Shown piece by piece: positions 33,559-44,106 of a stretch of DNA of 64,000 nt (the first letter of the stretch is position 1; each line of letters opens with the position of its first letter). Under the pieces are notes generated by a model. It made no database searches and was not told the DNA's origin. It worked only from the letters and a program-made list of their open reading frames with translations. A program made the position numbers and the translations under genes. Source of the DNA: an uncultured Spirochaetota bacterium (GTDB lineage Bacteria; Spirochaetota; Spirochaetia; SZUA-6; Fen-1364); NCBI GenBank assembly GCA_963745235.1, contig CAVUXE010000045.1:18087-82086 (forward strand). The letters are read 5' to 3'.

Positions 33559-34750
33559 CTATGCCTTCTGCGAGACCTGCTCGCCGAGCAGTCCCGAGGG
33601 GCGGAAGATGATGACGATGATCAGCACCAGGAAGGCGATGATATCCTTGTACTCGGACCCGAAGGCGCCCCTGGTGAAAGTTCCGAGGTAGGCGCCCGCG
33701 AAGCTCTCGAGCATGCCAAGGACAATGCCGCCCAGGAGGGCGCCGGTGAGGTTGCCGATGCCGCCGAGGACGGCGGCGGTGAAGGCCTTGATGCCCGGGC
33801 ATGAAGCCGACGAAGGGGTCGATGCGCGTGAACTTGAGGGCGTACAGGACGCCCGCCGCGCCGCCGAGGGCGCCGCCCATGAGGAAGGTGAAGGAGATGA
33901 TCGCGTTGACGCCGATGCCCATGAGGGCGGCGGTGGTGCGGTCCTGGGCCACCGAGCGGATGGCCTTGCCGATCTTGCGTCGCGTTGACGATGTAGTTGA
34001 GGCCGACCAGCATGAGGACGGCCGCGCCGATGACGACGAGCGACTTGACCTGGATGTCGACGCAGGGTGGCGTCCTGCCCGGTCGGGAGGGAGAAGAGGG
34101 GCAGGCGCTTGTCGAAATTGCCGAAGGTCGGGAATGACCCGGTAGAACTGGCCCGTCGTGAGGCTCTCCACGAGGCGGATGATGTCCTGCAGGGCGAAGG
34201 AGACGCCGATGGCCGAGATGAGGGGCACGAGCTGGGGCGAGTTGCGCAGGGGCCGGTAGGCCGTCCGCTCCACGAGCATGGCCATGCCGCCCGCGGCGGC
34301 CATGGCGACCGACGAGGGCGAGGGTGAGATAGAGGTAGGAGCCCATGGGGCCGGCGGCCTTGCAAGCACGCCGAGCTTGTCCATCGCGATGAGGAACTCC
34401 ACGCCCGCGAAGGCGCCGATCGCGAAGATCTCGCTGAATGGGCGAAGTTGATGAACTCGAGGACGCCATAGACCATGGTGTAGCCCAGGGCGATGGCGGC
34501 GTAGACGAAGCCGAGGGTCACGCCGTCGATGAGGACCTGGGGCAGGTTGTTGAGGGTGTAGGCGACGATGCTGACGCCCTGCGTGTCATGGAGGAGCTTG
34601 TCCGCCCCCGAACCCTGCGCAGAGGAGGGCGAGGACGAACATCAGCGCGGAAAAGAGCGCGCCCGCGCCGGCGACGAAGACCGCCATCCTGCCCAGGGGC
34701 AGGAAGATCTCCCGCAGAGCGCGATCCGAGCTCTCATGGATCTTTCGCAT
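33559..34750 (-). CDS. livH: Branched-chain amino acid ABC transporter permease (multiple frameshifts)
   Basis: ALGYTMVYGVLEFINFAH, ERTAYRPLR, KAFTAAVLGGIG, FRPSGLLG. Confidence 0.9.
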
Positions 34751-34810
34751 AGCGAGCCTCCACCCGGAGACCGGGGAACGGAGCGTCTCACCGCATCCTG
34801 GTCCCGAAAG

Positions 34811-34846
34811 GCCCCCGCCCCGCGGAGACTCCGCGGGAGCAGGGGC
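34811..34846. terminator. GC-rich stem-loop between binding-protein gene and livH (terminator or mRNA-stabilising hairpin)
   Basis: gccccc-gc-cccgcggag-a-ctccgcggg-agc-aggggc inverted repeat just 3' of the binding-protein gene. Confidence 0.6.
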
Positions 34847-34861
34847 GAGCAACGGTTGAGA

Positions 34862-36060
34862 TCAGCCACTGCGGAGGAGCGATGTCCAGGGTCTGGTCGA
34901 TCTTGTTGGCCGACCACTTGGCGGGATCTGCCGAGGTGACCTGGATGATGAAGTACTTGGCCTTGGTGAGGTCGCCCTTGGCGTTGAAGTTGATGGTGCC
35001 GGTGATGCCCTTGAAGTCCTTGAGGGCGCGGACCGCCTTGGCGACATCGGCGCGGGCGGGCAGCTTGTTGCCGGCGGCCATCGGCGGCGTTCTCGATGGC
35101 CTTGAGGGCGATGGCCGCGCAGTCGTAGGACTGGGCGGCGAAGGGCTGGGGCTCGGCGCCGAACTTGGCCTTGAAGTCGGTGATGAACTTGGCGGTGCCG
35201 GGGTAGACGCTCGCGGGGCCGGAGACCGTGGAGTAGTAGGTGCCCGCGCCCTTCAGGAGGGCGTCGCCGCCGATCTTGGCGGCGTCGGAGGAATCGAAGC
35301 CGTCGTCGGAGAGGAACATGCCCTTGAAGCCCTTCTGGCGGGCCTGCTTGAAGAGGACGGCGGCCTGGTCGAACATGCCGCCGAAGTAGATGACCTGGGG
35401 CTTGGCGGCGAGGATGGGCGAGAGGATGGAGTCGAAGTTGGCCTTCTCCTCGGTGCCGTCGAAGCCGAGCACCTTGATGCCCGAGCTTCTCGGCCTCGTT
35501 CTTGAAGTACTCGGCGATGCCCTGGCCGTAGGCGGTCTTGTCGTGGAGGACGTAGGCGCGTCTTGATGCCCTTGGTGGCGGCGAACTGGGCGCCCACCGC
35601 GCCCTGGACGTCGTCGCGGCCGCAGACGCGGTTGACTTCCAGCGTAGCCGCGATCGGTGACCTTGGGGTTGGTGTTGGCGGGGGAGACGTTGACGAGGCC
35701 GGCGGCGTGGTACTCCTCGGAGGAGGGGATCTGGACGCCGGAATTGTAGTGGCCGACGACCGCGAGGATGGCCGGGTCGGCGACGATGCTCTTGGCGTTG
35801 GCAACGCCGGTGTCCGGGTTGCCCTGGTCGTCGAAGGGCGCGAGCTCGACCTTGAACCCCATCTTGGCCAGGGGTCCGGAAAGCTGCTCGACGGCGAGCT
35901 GGGCGCCGTTCTTGATGTCGGTGCCGACGGCGGACATGCCGCCGGAGAGCGGGCTCTGGGTGGCGATCTTGATGACCTTGGGAGCGGGGGCTCCGCACCC
36001 GGCGAGCACGAGGCCCGCAAGGGCAAGTATTGCAAGAAAGAGAAAGACGGACTTTCGCAT
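34862..36060 (-). CDS. Branched-chain amino acid ABC transporter substrate-binding lipoprotein (LivJ/K type, frameshifted)
   Basis: Lipobox VLAGC, PLSG, DDQGNP, VVGHYNSG, SPANTNP, HDKTAYGQG, FKGITGTINF. Confidence 0.92.
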
Positions 36061-36399
36061 GGGTTCTTCCTCCTTAGAAGCTGGCTTTGAATCTTGTTTT
36101 TTCAAGACAGGAGCCGCGTGATTCCGGCGCGGATCCCGCTGCGAGGTGGCTGGTCTCTATAGTTCCGGCGCCCCTCCTTCCAGAGTTCGGGCACGTTCCC
36201 TGCCCTGGTCTCATTCACCTGCGCTGCACCGGCGTTCGACGAGCCCGCAGAGGATGCGGGAGTCTAGACGCTGGAGGCCAGGACGTCAAGATTGCGTTCT
36301 ACTCCGCCGCGATGGCCTTCTTTGGACAGCACATTACATTCTTAGAATAATCCCTTCGGGGGCCGAACGGAAAGGATTTTGTCGGGAAGGAGGCGAGCG

Positions 36400-37513
36400 A
36401 TGAGAGAAACCGCGGAACAGGTCATTACCGAAATCGAGATCAGGCGCTTTACCATCCCGTTGCGCGGGTCGGTTCAGATCTCCACCATGAACATGGAACG
36501 CGCGGAGAACCTGCTGGTAAAGCTTGTCAGCAGCGACGGTGTATGCGGCTGGGGAGAAGCATCACCCATGCGGTCCATCACGGGAGAAACGCAGGCGATT
36601 GACCTTGCGGCCGCGGCAGAGCTGAGGACGCTCCTCCTGGGCAGAAACCCGCTGGCCATCGGCGCCTTGTCAGCCTTGATGGCCCGGCATCTCCCTCACA
36701 ATACGACCATCCGAAGCGCGTTCGATATGGCGCTCTATGACATCGCCTCACGGTACGCCTCCATGCCCTTGTACCGGTTCCTTGGAGGGGAGCAACGCGA
36801 CCTGGAAACCGACATTACCATCTATATCGGTGATCCTGGCGAAGCAGGTGCGCGGGCTGAGCAGCTCCTCCGCGCCGGTTTCCGCGTCATCAAGGTCAAG
36901 GTAGGGCTCGATCGGGGAGACGACCTCAAGAGGGTTGATGTGATTCGCCGGGCAATCGGCAAGACGCCGAGACTGCGAATAGACGCGAACCAGGCGTGGG
37001 GCCGGACCGGCCGCCTTGAGCATGCTCCGTTCTCTGGAGGAGCATTCGATCGAGTTCTGCGAGCAGCCCTGCCTTGCCGCTGACCTCAGGACCCTGAAGT
37101 TCCTTTCCGCGAACAGCCCCATCCCGATCATGGCGGATGAATCCCTCTTCAGCCCGCAGGATGCCCTTGCACTGGATCGCGACGATGTCGTGCCCTATTT
37201 CAATATCAAACTGAGCAAATCCGGTGGACTCTACCAGGCCCAGCGGATTGCGCACATTGCTGCCGCGGGCGGACGGGTCTGCATGATAGGAGGCATGTCC
37301 GAGTCCCGCCTGGGAGTGACGGCGGCAGCGCATTTTGCCCTGGCCAACCCGATAGTCGAGTTCTGCGATCTCGATTCTTTCTATGAGCACCGGGACGATC
37401 CGATCCACGGAGGGTTGACCATTCGAGACGGGAAGGTAATTGTCCCCGACGAACCCGGGATAGGCGCCGTGCCGGATGAGTCATATCTTGCATCTCCCCC
37501 CGCCCGCGTATAG
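36400..37513 (+). CDS. Dipeptide (L-Ala-D/L-Glu) epimerase, enolase superfamily (frameshift ~37005)
   Basis: GWGEASP, KVKVG, RIDANQAW, EQP, MADES, NIKLSKSGG, DLDS. Confidence 0.88.
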
Positions 37514-37536
37514 GATCGCCTCCGGGCAGCTGAGTC

Positions 37537-40500
37537 ATGGCGTCCAACAAGAGGAAACACACGCGCGTCGATCACCGCGCAGCCGTGGAGCTCACGTCGG
37601 AGTCCTCCATATTTCCCGGTACGTCTGTCAACGTCAGCGTGAGCGGAATGCAGGTGGTGGTCGGACTGCCGGCGTCGTACGATTCGATCCAACGTATTGC
37701 ATTTCATATCCCTGGCTCTGATAAGCGCGTCGAGCTGCCCTGCCGGCTGATTCGCAACTCGGAGCACGACGGTGAAGGTGACCAGGTCCTGGGCCTGGAG
37801 TTTCTCTATGAAGCCGATGCCCAGCTCCTGCTCATAGAGAAGTTCATCCAGGACAGCCAGCCGGGCCGGGACGATGCGCGCCAGCTTCCTCGAACTTCCT
37901 GCCGCCTTGACGATGTCACGGTCGATACCCCCGCCTTTCACGTCCTCTCAATCGACAATCTCTCCACCGAGGGAATGCTCCTGAGCTTTCGCGGGAACCT
38001 GAAAGAAGGGGACGCGCTCGCCATGAGCGTCGGCATTCCCGGCGACGACCGCCGTCTTGGCCTCTCGGGAACGGTCGTCTACGTTGTCGAGAACGTGTTT
38101 CGCGGCTCCCTGACGGCCGGCGTTCGATTGTCGACCTTGAAAGAGACCGAGGAAAGCCGACTCAGGAATCTCATCGTCGCCTGCTCATCAGGGAGCGCAT
38201 TGCGCGGACTGCACGAGCATCTTCATTCCAAGGAGATGGAACCCGAGTCCCGAATTGTAGATCCGGTCCTGATCGGCGACATCCTGCATTCACTGAAAGT
38301 GGAATGCGTTCGATTGAGCACCCTGGTGGAAGGATCTTTCACCATCATCGAGCACGAGCTCGAAGGCGTTGACCTTGGATTGCAGCGGTTTGCAATCAGA
38401 GCAGGCAGCGAGCTTGCCACACGCAGTCTCGGACCGGGGGCGACGGCGTACTTCAGCTTCTATTGGAAGAAGGCCAGCTACTATTTCAAGGCGGTCGTGG
38501 GCTCCGCCCGTGATGATCTCCTCAGGTTTTCCTTTCCGAGCGTCATGTTCCGCTCGGACAAGAGGTCATACCAGAGAAAGCCGCTGGAGAGCGCCTCCCG
38601 CGCAAGGCTCGCAATACGCGGGCATACGTTCGAGGGGACACTGATCGATATCAGCCGCAGGGGGTTTCTCTGCGAGCTTCACCTTCCTGCCGAATCCCAG
38701 GCATTCTTCCAGAAAGGAAAAAGCCTTCACTACACCGTGGATGACAGGCTCGGGCTGGGAAGCGAAGGCCAGATCCGGCACCTGAGAGTGCTGCCAGCGC
38801 CGGAGGGCGTCGTTCTGCAAGTGGGCGTGGAAGCGGGAATCGGGAGAAACGCGGTGCGCTTCCGGCGCATCCCAGCCGAAAAATGGGAAGAAAGAACCTC
38901 TCGCAGCGGCGGCCTCCCGGGTTCTGAACGACGCATCGAGTCTCATTTCGTGCGGTTTCCCGACCGGGCAGGCCATGAGATCTGCGCCCTGCTCAATGCG
39001 ACCGAGCTGCGAGTCAAAGCCCCGGTCGTCATCATTCCTTCCGCGTACGGGAAAAAGAAGGAAGCATTCTCTCCCCTCGTGGCGACTCTGCTCGCGAGCT
39101 TCTGGAGCGAGGGGAGAAACATAGTCACGCTCCGCTATGATGGCGTCAATCGTCCGGGTGAAAGCCATCGGGACGAGATGAACCCGAAGCGCGGGTACGA
39201 AATGCTCACCTACAGGATCAGTCAGGGGCTCGGTGATCTCGAGGCGGCGTTGGATTTCGCGAACGATAACCCATACTTCGTTGCTGAAAAGGTGATCGTC
39301 ATCTCCTTCAGCATGGCCGCCATCGATGTGCGGCGCTTCCTGAGCCGGGATGAAGGCACGGCAATCGACTACTGGGTCAGCGTCATGGGGGTTCCTTGCG
39401 CGCAAACGACTCTGCGCAACATCCTCGGCGGAATCGATATCGTCAGCAACTATCGCCTGGGAATCCCCAACGGGATCATAGGGCTGTTGGGGCATCTGAT
39501 CGACATGGACATCACGGCCGCTGATTTGGTCGACAGAAGGTACGCCTTCCTGACCGACGCGCGCCTCGACATGTCTCGAATCGCAATTCCCGTGCTGTGG
39601 ATCTACGGCCTGTACGACAGATGGGTCGACATCGATGAGGTGAAGGACCTCATGTCGGTCAAGGCGCCGGGGAGACGCGAGATTGTCGAGATCCCCACCG
39701 GACACAACCTGCGCACCAGCGACGATGCCATCGAGACTTTCAAGCTGATCACGGCCTCCATCCATGAGGAGCTCTACGGCACGCGGATAGTGGCCCGAGA
39801 CCCATGGAAGGAGGAGATGATTCGCCTGCTCACCGAGGAGCGTGAGCGTCTCCAGAACAGGGTCGCTCCCCCTCTGACCGAATACTGGCGCGGGTACCTG
39901 CTCGGAAACGAAAGGAATCGCGTCGGCTACGACTTCTACAGGAACATTCCGGAGTTCACCGACTTCCTCAGAACGCAGGCAAAGTGCCTGGCGCTCGGGG
40001 AAGGGGAGATCATTGCCGACCTGGGTTGCGGGACCGGCATTTTCCTGGAGGCGCTGCTGGACTTCATCGCTGAGGCGGGAGCGCGAATATCGGCAAAGGA
40101 GATCATGGCCGTTGACCTCGTTCCGGATGCCCTGGACAAGGCGCGGCAAAAGTGTGAAGACGCTCTTGCCTTGAACCCCCGCCTGCGGAGCATTCACTTC
40201 CAGTACGCGCAAAAGAACCTGGAGCCCAATCGGCTCATTCCCGTTTCGCGCTTCATCGAGTCGAAGGTGCCTTCCCTCGATTCACTGAGGAACAAAATCG
40301 AGGGCCTTTCAGGAAAAGTGCTGGACAGTCTCATAGAACGCGCATCTCCCGACGTGTACGCCGTGATGCGCGGCGGGACGCCGGAGGGGGAGCCCTTTCT
40401 AAGGTTGAAATCGACGCTGCAAGCCGTCGAGCTTCAGACGGTCCTGGAGTTCAACAGGGCGGCCCGATACCTCTTGCACAGGCTCGAGAAGCATGACTTG

Positions 40501-41036
40501 AGACCTGACCGGATTTCGGAAAATGTTTCCCTGGAATGCCTGCGCACGAGCGATCTGGTGTTCGAGAAGCTCAACTTTGGAGACTATGATTCCAATCTCG
40601 GACTGGGCTTGCCCGGCGAACCATTTCACCAGGATCGTCGCAAGTCTCTTCATCTCGTATCTCCATAACCCTGACTACGCGCTTGCCGAATGCTACAGAA
40701 TGTTGAAACCAGGCGGCATCCTCCTTGTCTCCTCCATGAAGCCTGACAGCGACATCTCAATGATGTTCACCAACTATATCAGGAAGACGCTGACCCCGAA
40801 TTGCTCCGAGGATGACGGGATGGAAAATGGGGTGAGCGGCGCACGGGCCATGCTGAATGAGGCCGCCAGTCTCTTCGAGCTGGAAGAGGACGGCTTTTTC
40901 AGATTCTACACGCTCGAAGAGCTGAAAGACCTGCTGGCTGACGCTGGATTCGTTGAGGTCACCGGTGCTTTCTTCCATGGGAGACCCTCCTCAGGCTTGC
41001 ATCGCAGTTGCAAAAAAGACCTTGACAACATCTTAG
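37537..41036 (+). CDS. Multidomain protein: three PilZ domains + LuxD-like alpha/beta hydrolase + class I SAM methyltransferase (frameshifts ~40610 and ~40975)
   Basis: PilZ motifs RKHTR/NVSVSG, RQLPR/NLSTEG, RSYQR/DISRRG; hydrolase LRYDG, SFSMA, YDRWVD, TGHNL; MTase ADLGCGTG and ..SY..NP...L.E.YRMLKPGG in the next frame; corrected end SMGDPPQA..TTS* at 41036. Confidence 0.85.
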
Positions 41037-41049
41037 ATTACTCTACAAT
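41022..41049 (+). promoter_or_regulatory. Sigma70-type promoter upstream of the AMP-binding gene
   Basis: TTGACA (41022-41027) - 16 nt - TACAAT (41044-41049) in an AT-rich island 40 nt before ATG 41089. Confidence 0.65.
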
Positions 41050-41088
41050 AGCCACTATACCAAAAAACTCCACTAGGAATGAAATCAA

Positions 41089-42483
41089 ATGGTTGGAATA
41101 GGGAGAAAGATAGACGAAGCGTTGCATGACTGGGGCGATTCGCCTGCATTTCTTCAAGTCACCCAGGCGAACGGGGCCACTGTCATCCCCTCCATCGCGT
41201 TCTCGCAGAAGATCTTGGAGATTGCGAGCCAACTCCAGGCATGGGGGATCCGAGAAAAGTATCTCGTTCCGATTTTCCTGGGCAACTCGACAGATTTCAT
41301 TGCCATCTTTCTTGCCCTGATTCGCATCGGCGCGATCCCCGTCCTCGCCAAGCTGGACTACCGAACGCTGGAGCTCGACGAAGTATTCGCCAACGCGCAG
41401 CCGCAGGCGGTGATAGCTGAGAAAGAGCACCTCCGGCACCTGTCGCCATACCTCCACAATTCCATCGTTATCGTTCGATCAGGGGATCAGTTCCTGCTGG
41501 AACAGTCCGTCGAGGGCCTGACGCGCCGGGAGGACATTCCCGACGATATCGCGTCCATCAACTATACCTACCGCGGGTACGGGTATCCGCTGGGGGCCAT
41601 GATCTCCCATGACCAGTACCTTCACGGCGCCAGGGTACTGCAGGACGGGCTGCAGGGGTCTGCGGGAGAGAAGATGCTCATTATCCTGCCGATGGCGCAC
41701 ATTTTCACGATGGTAGGATGCGTCCTGGTCCCCTTGCTCTACCGGATGACCAGCGTCATTGTCGATACGTTGCACCCCCGACTTCTCTTTCAATACATTC
41801 GTGATTTCCGTATCGAGCACATCACATCCGTTCCGGAAGTTTACGAGCTGCTCTACCGGCTCCGCGACCCCGCGGTCGACCTTTCCTCACTGAAGGTCTT
41901 TGTGTCGGGAGGCAGCATCCTGACCCCTGACAGCTACGCGAATCTCAAGAGGGCCTTTTCGATCGACCTGCTTCATGGATACGGCCTGACGGAGTTCACT
42001 CCGGTCAGCCGCAACATGCGAGGTAAGTCCCGGTCGGGAACGGTCGGACCCCTGTGTGACCTCGTGGAGTGCCGAATCGACTCTTGCAGCCCCGGCGGGG
42101 CAGGAGAGATCCTGATCAGGACGCCGCATATGACGGGTACGTACTACCGCAGGCCGCGCGAGTCGGCCGAGGCGCACAACGATGGCTGGTTCAGGACGGG
42201 GGACATGGGCCGTATCGATGCGGGACACCTTGTATTCGTGAAAGAGTTGAAGAATACGCGCAAGATAAATGGAAATCTCGTGGACATCGAAGAGGTCACA
42301 CGCGCCCTCAAGCTGGACCCCGATGTGGCGGACGCACAGGTGGGTTGGGAGAGCAACTCCCTGTTCGCGCGGGTCGCGGTGAGCCAGCGCATCGACTTCG
42401 ATGAGAAGGCGAGACGTATGAAGTCCCTCCTCAGAGAGGTCATAGCGGAGTACAAGGTTCCGAAACGATTCAGCGTGCTTTGA
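41089..42483 (+). CDS. AMP-binding (acyl-CoA/acyl-ACP ligase-like) protein with atypical P-loop
   Basis: LPMAHIF, GYGLTE, GEIL, WFRTGDMG, YKVPK; P-loop reads NYTYRGYGYPLGA instead of YTSGTTGxPKG. Confidence 0.85.
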   Translation: MVGIGRKIDEALHDWGDSPAFLQVTQANGATVIPSIAFSQKILEIASQLQAWGIREKYLVPIFLGNSTDFIAIFLALIRIGAIPVLAKLDYRTLELDEVFANAQPQAVIAEKEHLRHLSPYLHNSIVIVRSGDQFLLEQSVEGLTRREDIPDDIASINYTYRGYGYPLGAMISHDQYLHGARVLQDGLQGSAGEKMLIILPMAHIFTMVGCVLVPLLYRMTSVIVDTLHPRLLFQYIRDFRIEHITSVPEVYELLYRLRDPAVDLSSLKVFVSGGSILTPDSYANLKRAFSIDLLHGYGLTEFTPVSRNMRGKSRSGTVGPLCDLVECRIDSCSPGGAGEILIRTPHMTGTYYRRPRESAEAHNDGWFRTGDMGRIDAGHLVFVKELKNTRKINGNLVDIEEVTRALKLDPDVADAQVGWESNSLFARVAVSQRIDFDEKARRMKSLLREVIAEYKVPKRFSVL

Positions 42484-42516
42484 CGAAAGCACCTGCCCTG
42501 AGGAGGGATACGGCAG

Positions 42517-42792
42517 ATGGGCAATGTGCAGGAAAACTGGAACCCGGATAAGTTCAAGAAGGAAATCAAGCAGATCGTTTCGAAAATTTCCCGAATCGAA
42601 GCAGCGGATCTGGAGGACCACCTTCTGATTCGCGAAGAGCTGGGAATCGACAGCCTGATGGCAATGGAGATTATCGCCACCTGCGAAAAGCTCCTGCGAC
42701 TGAAGATCGACGAAACACTGTTCGGTGAAATACAGACTGTCGGAGACTTTCTTGACCTTCTCGTAACGCTCTCAGGGCGGGCGGATGCGTGA
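42517..42792 (+). CDS. Acyl carrier protein
   Basis: 91 aa, acidic, ELGIDSLMAMEI phosphopantetheine site, IQTVGD; GAGGAGG RBS. Confidence 0.92.
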   Translation: MGNVQENWNPDKFKKEIKQIVSKISRIEAADLEDHLLIREELGIDSLMAMEIIATCEKLLRLKIDETLFGEIQTVGDFLDLLVTLSGRADA

Positions 42793-44104
42793 GTCCCGGA
42801 TCCGCATCCTTCTTGTCTCCCCCAAGGGGGAGTTTCTCTGTCGATCGCCCGAGTTCGGAGAGTTCATGCAGAGCTCACGCGACATGCGGACCATTCTGCA
42901 CTTCTGGAACGGAATTGGTGTCGCGCTACCGACGCTCGCCGCTCTGACACCGCCTTCGTTCGAAGTATTCATCGTTGACGAGAACATGGAGCCCATAGAC
43001 TTCAGTGCTCCGTGTGACATTGTGGGCGTTACCGCCATGACCCAGCAGGCCACACGAGCCTATGAAATCGCGGATGAGTTTCGAAGGAGAGGGCGTCACG
43101 TAGTTCTTGGAGGCATCCACGTGACTGCACTGCCCGGTGAAGCGATGCATCACGCGGACACGGTCATTGCGGGTGAGGCGGAAAACCTGTGGCCCAAGTT
43201 CCTGCAGGACTTTCAATCGGGAACGACACGTCGTATCTACGATCAGGAAGGGATCTCGCCCGTGGACATGACTCGCATCCCTGTGCCCCGCTACGAGTTG
43301 CTCGCGAAGTATCGCTACCCGGTTGTATACGTTCAAGCGACGCGCGGATGTCCGCACGATTGCGAGTTCTGTGTTGCGTCCAACATCTACGGGAAAAGAT
43401 ACAAGCACAAGACCGTTCAGCAAGTCGTGAACGAGGTCACGGAGGCGAAAAGGCTCTGGAAATACGCGCAAATCGGCTTCGCGGATGACAACATGTTCGT
43501 TGATCACGCGTACTCGACTGAGCTCGTCGAAAGGCTGAAGGAGCTGAAAATTGCCTGGTTCGCGATATGCGACATCGCCGTTGCCAAGGACGAAGCATTC
43601 CTCCGCCTGCTCCACGAGAGCGGGTGCCGCACTCTCCTCATTGGATTCGAGAGTGTGTCCAAGACAAGTCTCCACGGCATGAACAAAGACGCGTGGAAAC
43701 AAAAGCGATTCGATTCCTACCCGGAGTATATCCGGAGAATTCAGAGCCAGGGGATCGGCGTCTATGGATCCTTCATTCTCGGGCTGGACGATGACGGTCC
43801 TGAGTCGATCGATGCGACTGTTAATTTTGTCAACGATAATATCCTCTTGGGAACACAGATTACTCTTCTCACCCCCTTCCCGGGCAGCCGTCTGCGCTCC
43901 CGGCTCGAGCGGGAGCGGCGGATCGTTCATGATGATTGGAAGTGGTACACCGTTTGGAACTCAGTGATCCGACATCCCAGGTTCACGTCCGAGGAGCTCG
44001 AGAGGGGGCTTCTGCGAGCGTACGAAGGGGTGTATAATCCCGAGAGCAACGCCAGGCGTGCCCAGTATTTTCGAAAGGTGTGCGAAAATCTCGTCGAAGG
44101 GTAG
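42785..44104 (+). CDS. B12-binding domain radical SAM protein
   Basis: LPTLAALTP, VVLGGIH, GEAE cobalamin-binding region; TRGCPHDCEFC (CxxxCxxC); FADDN, IGFES, TPFPGS; start overlaps ACP stop. Confidence 0.93.
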   Translation: MRESRIRILLVSPKGEFLCRSPEFGEFMQSSRDMRTILHFWNGIGVALPTLAALTPPSFEVFIVDENMEPIDFSAPCDIVGVTAMTQQATRAYEIADEFRRRGRHVVLGGIHVTALPGEAMHHADTVIAGEAENLWPKFLQDFQSGTTRRIYDQEGISPVDMTRIPVPRYELLAKYRYPVVYVQATRGCPHDCEFCVASNIYGKRYKHKTVQQVVNEVTEAKRLWKYAQIGFADDNMFVDHAYSTELVERLKELKIAWFAICDIAVAKDEAFLRLLHESGCRTLLIGFESVSKTSLHGMNKDAWKQKRFDSYPEYIRRIQSQGIGVYGSFILGLDDDGPESIDATVNFVNDNILLGTQITLLTPFPGSRLRSRLERERRIVHDDWKWYTVWNSVIRHPRFTSEELERGLLRAYEGVYNPESNARRAQYFRKVCENLVEG

Positions 44105-44106
44105 CG

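Noticed and set aside
37537-44104. Interpreting the cluster as a lux bioluminescence or PKS/NRPS locus
   Set aside because: No luxA/B/C/E, ketosynthase or condensation domains are seen; only the hydrolase domain is LuxD-like.
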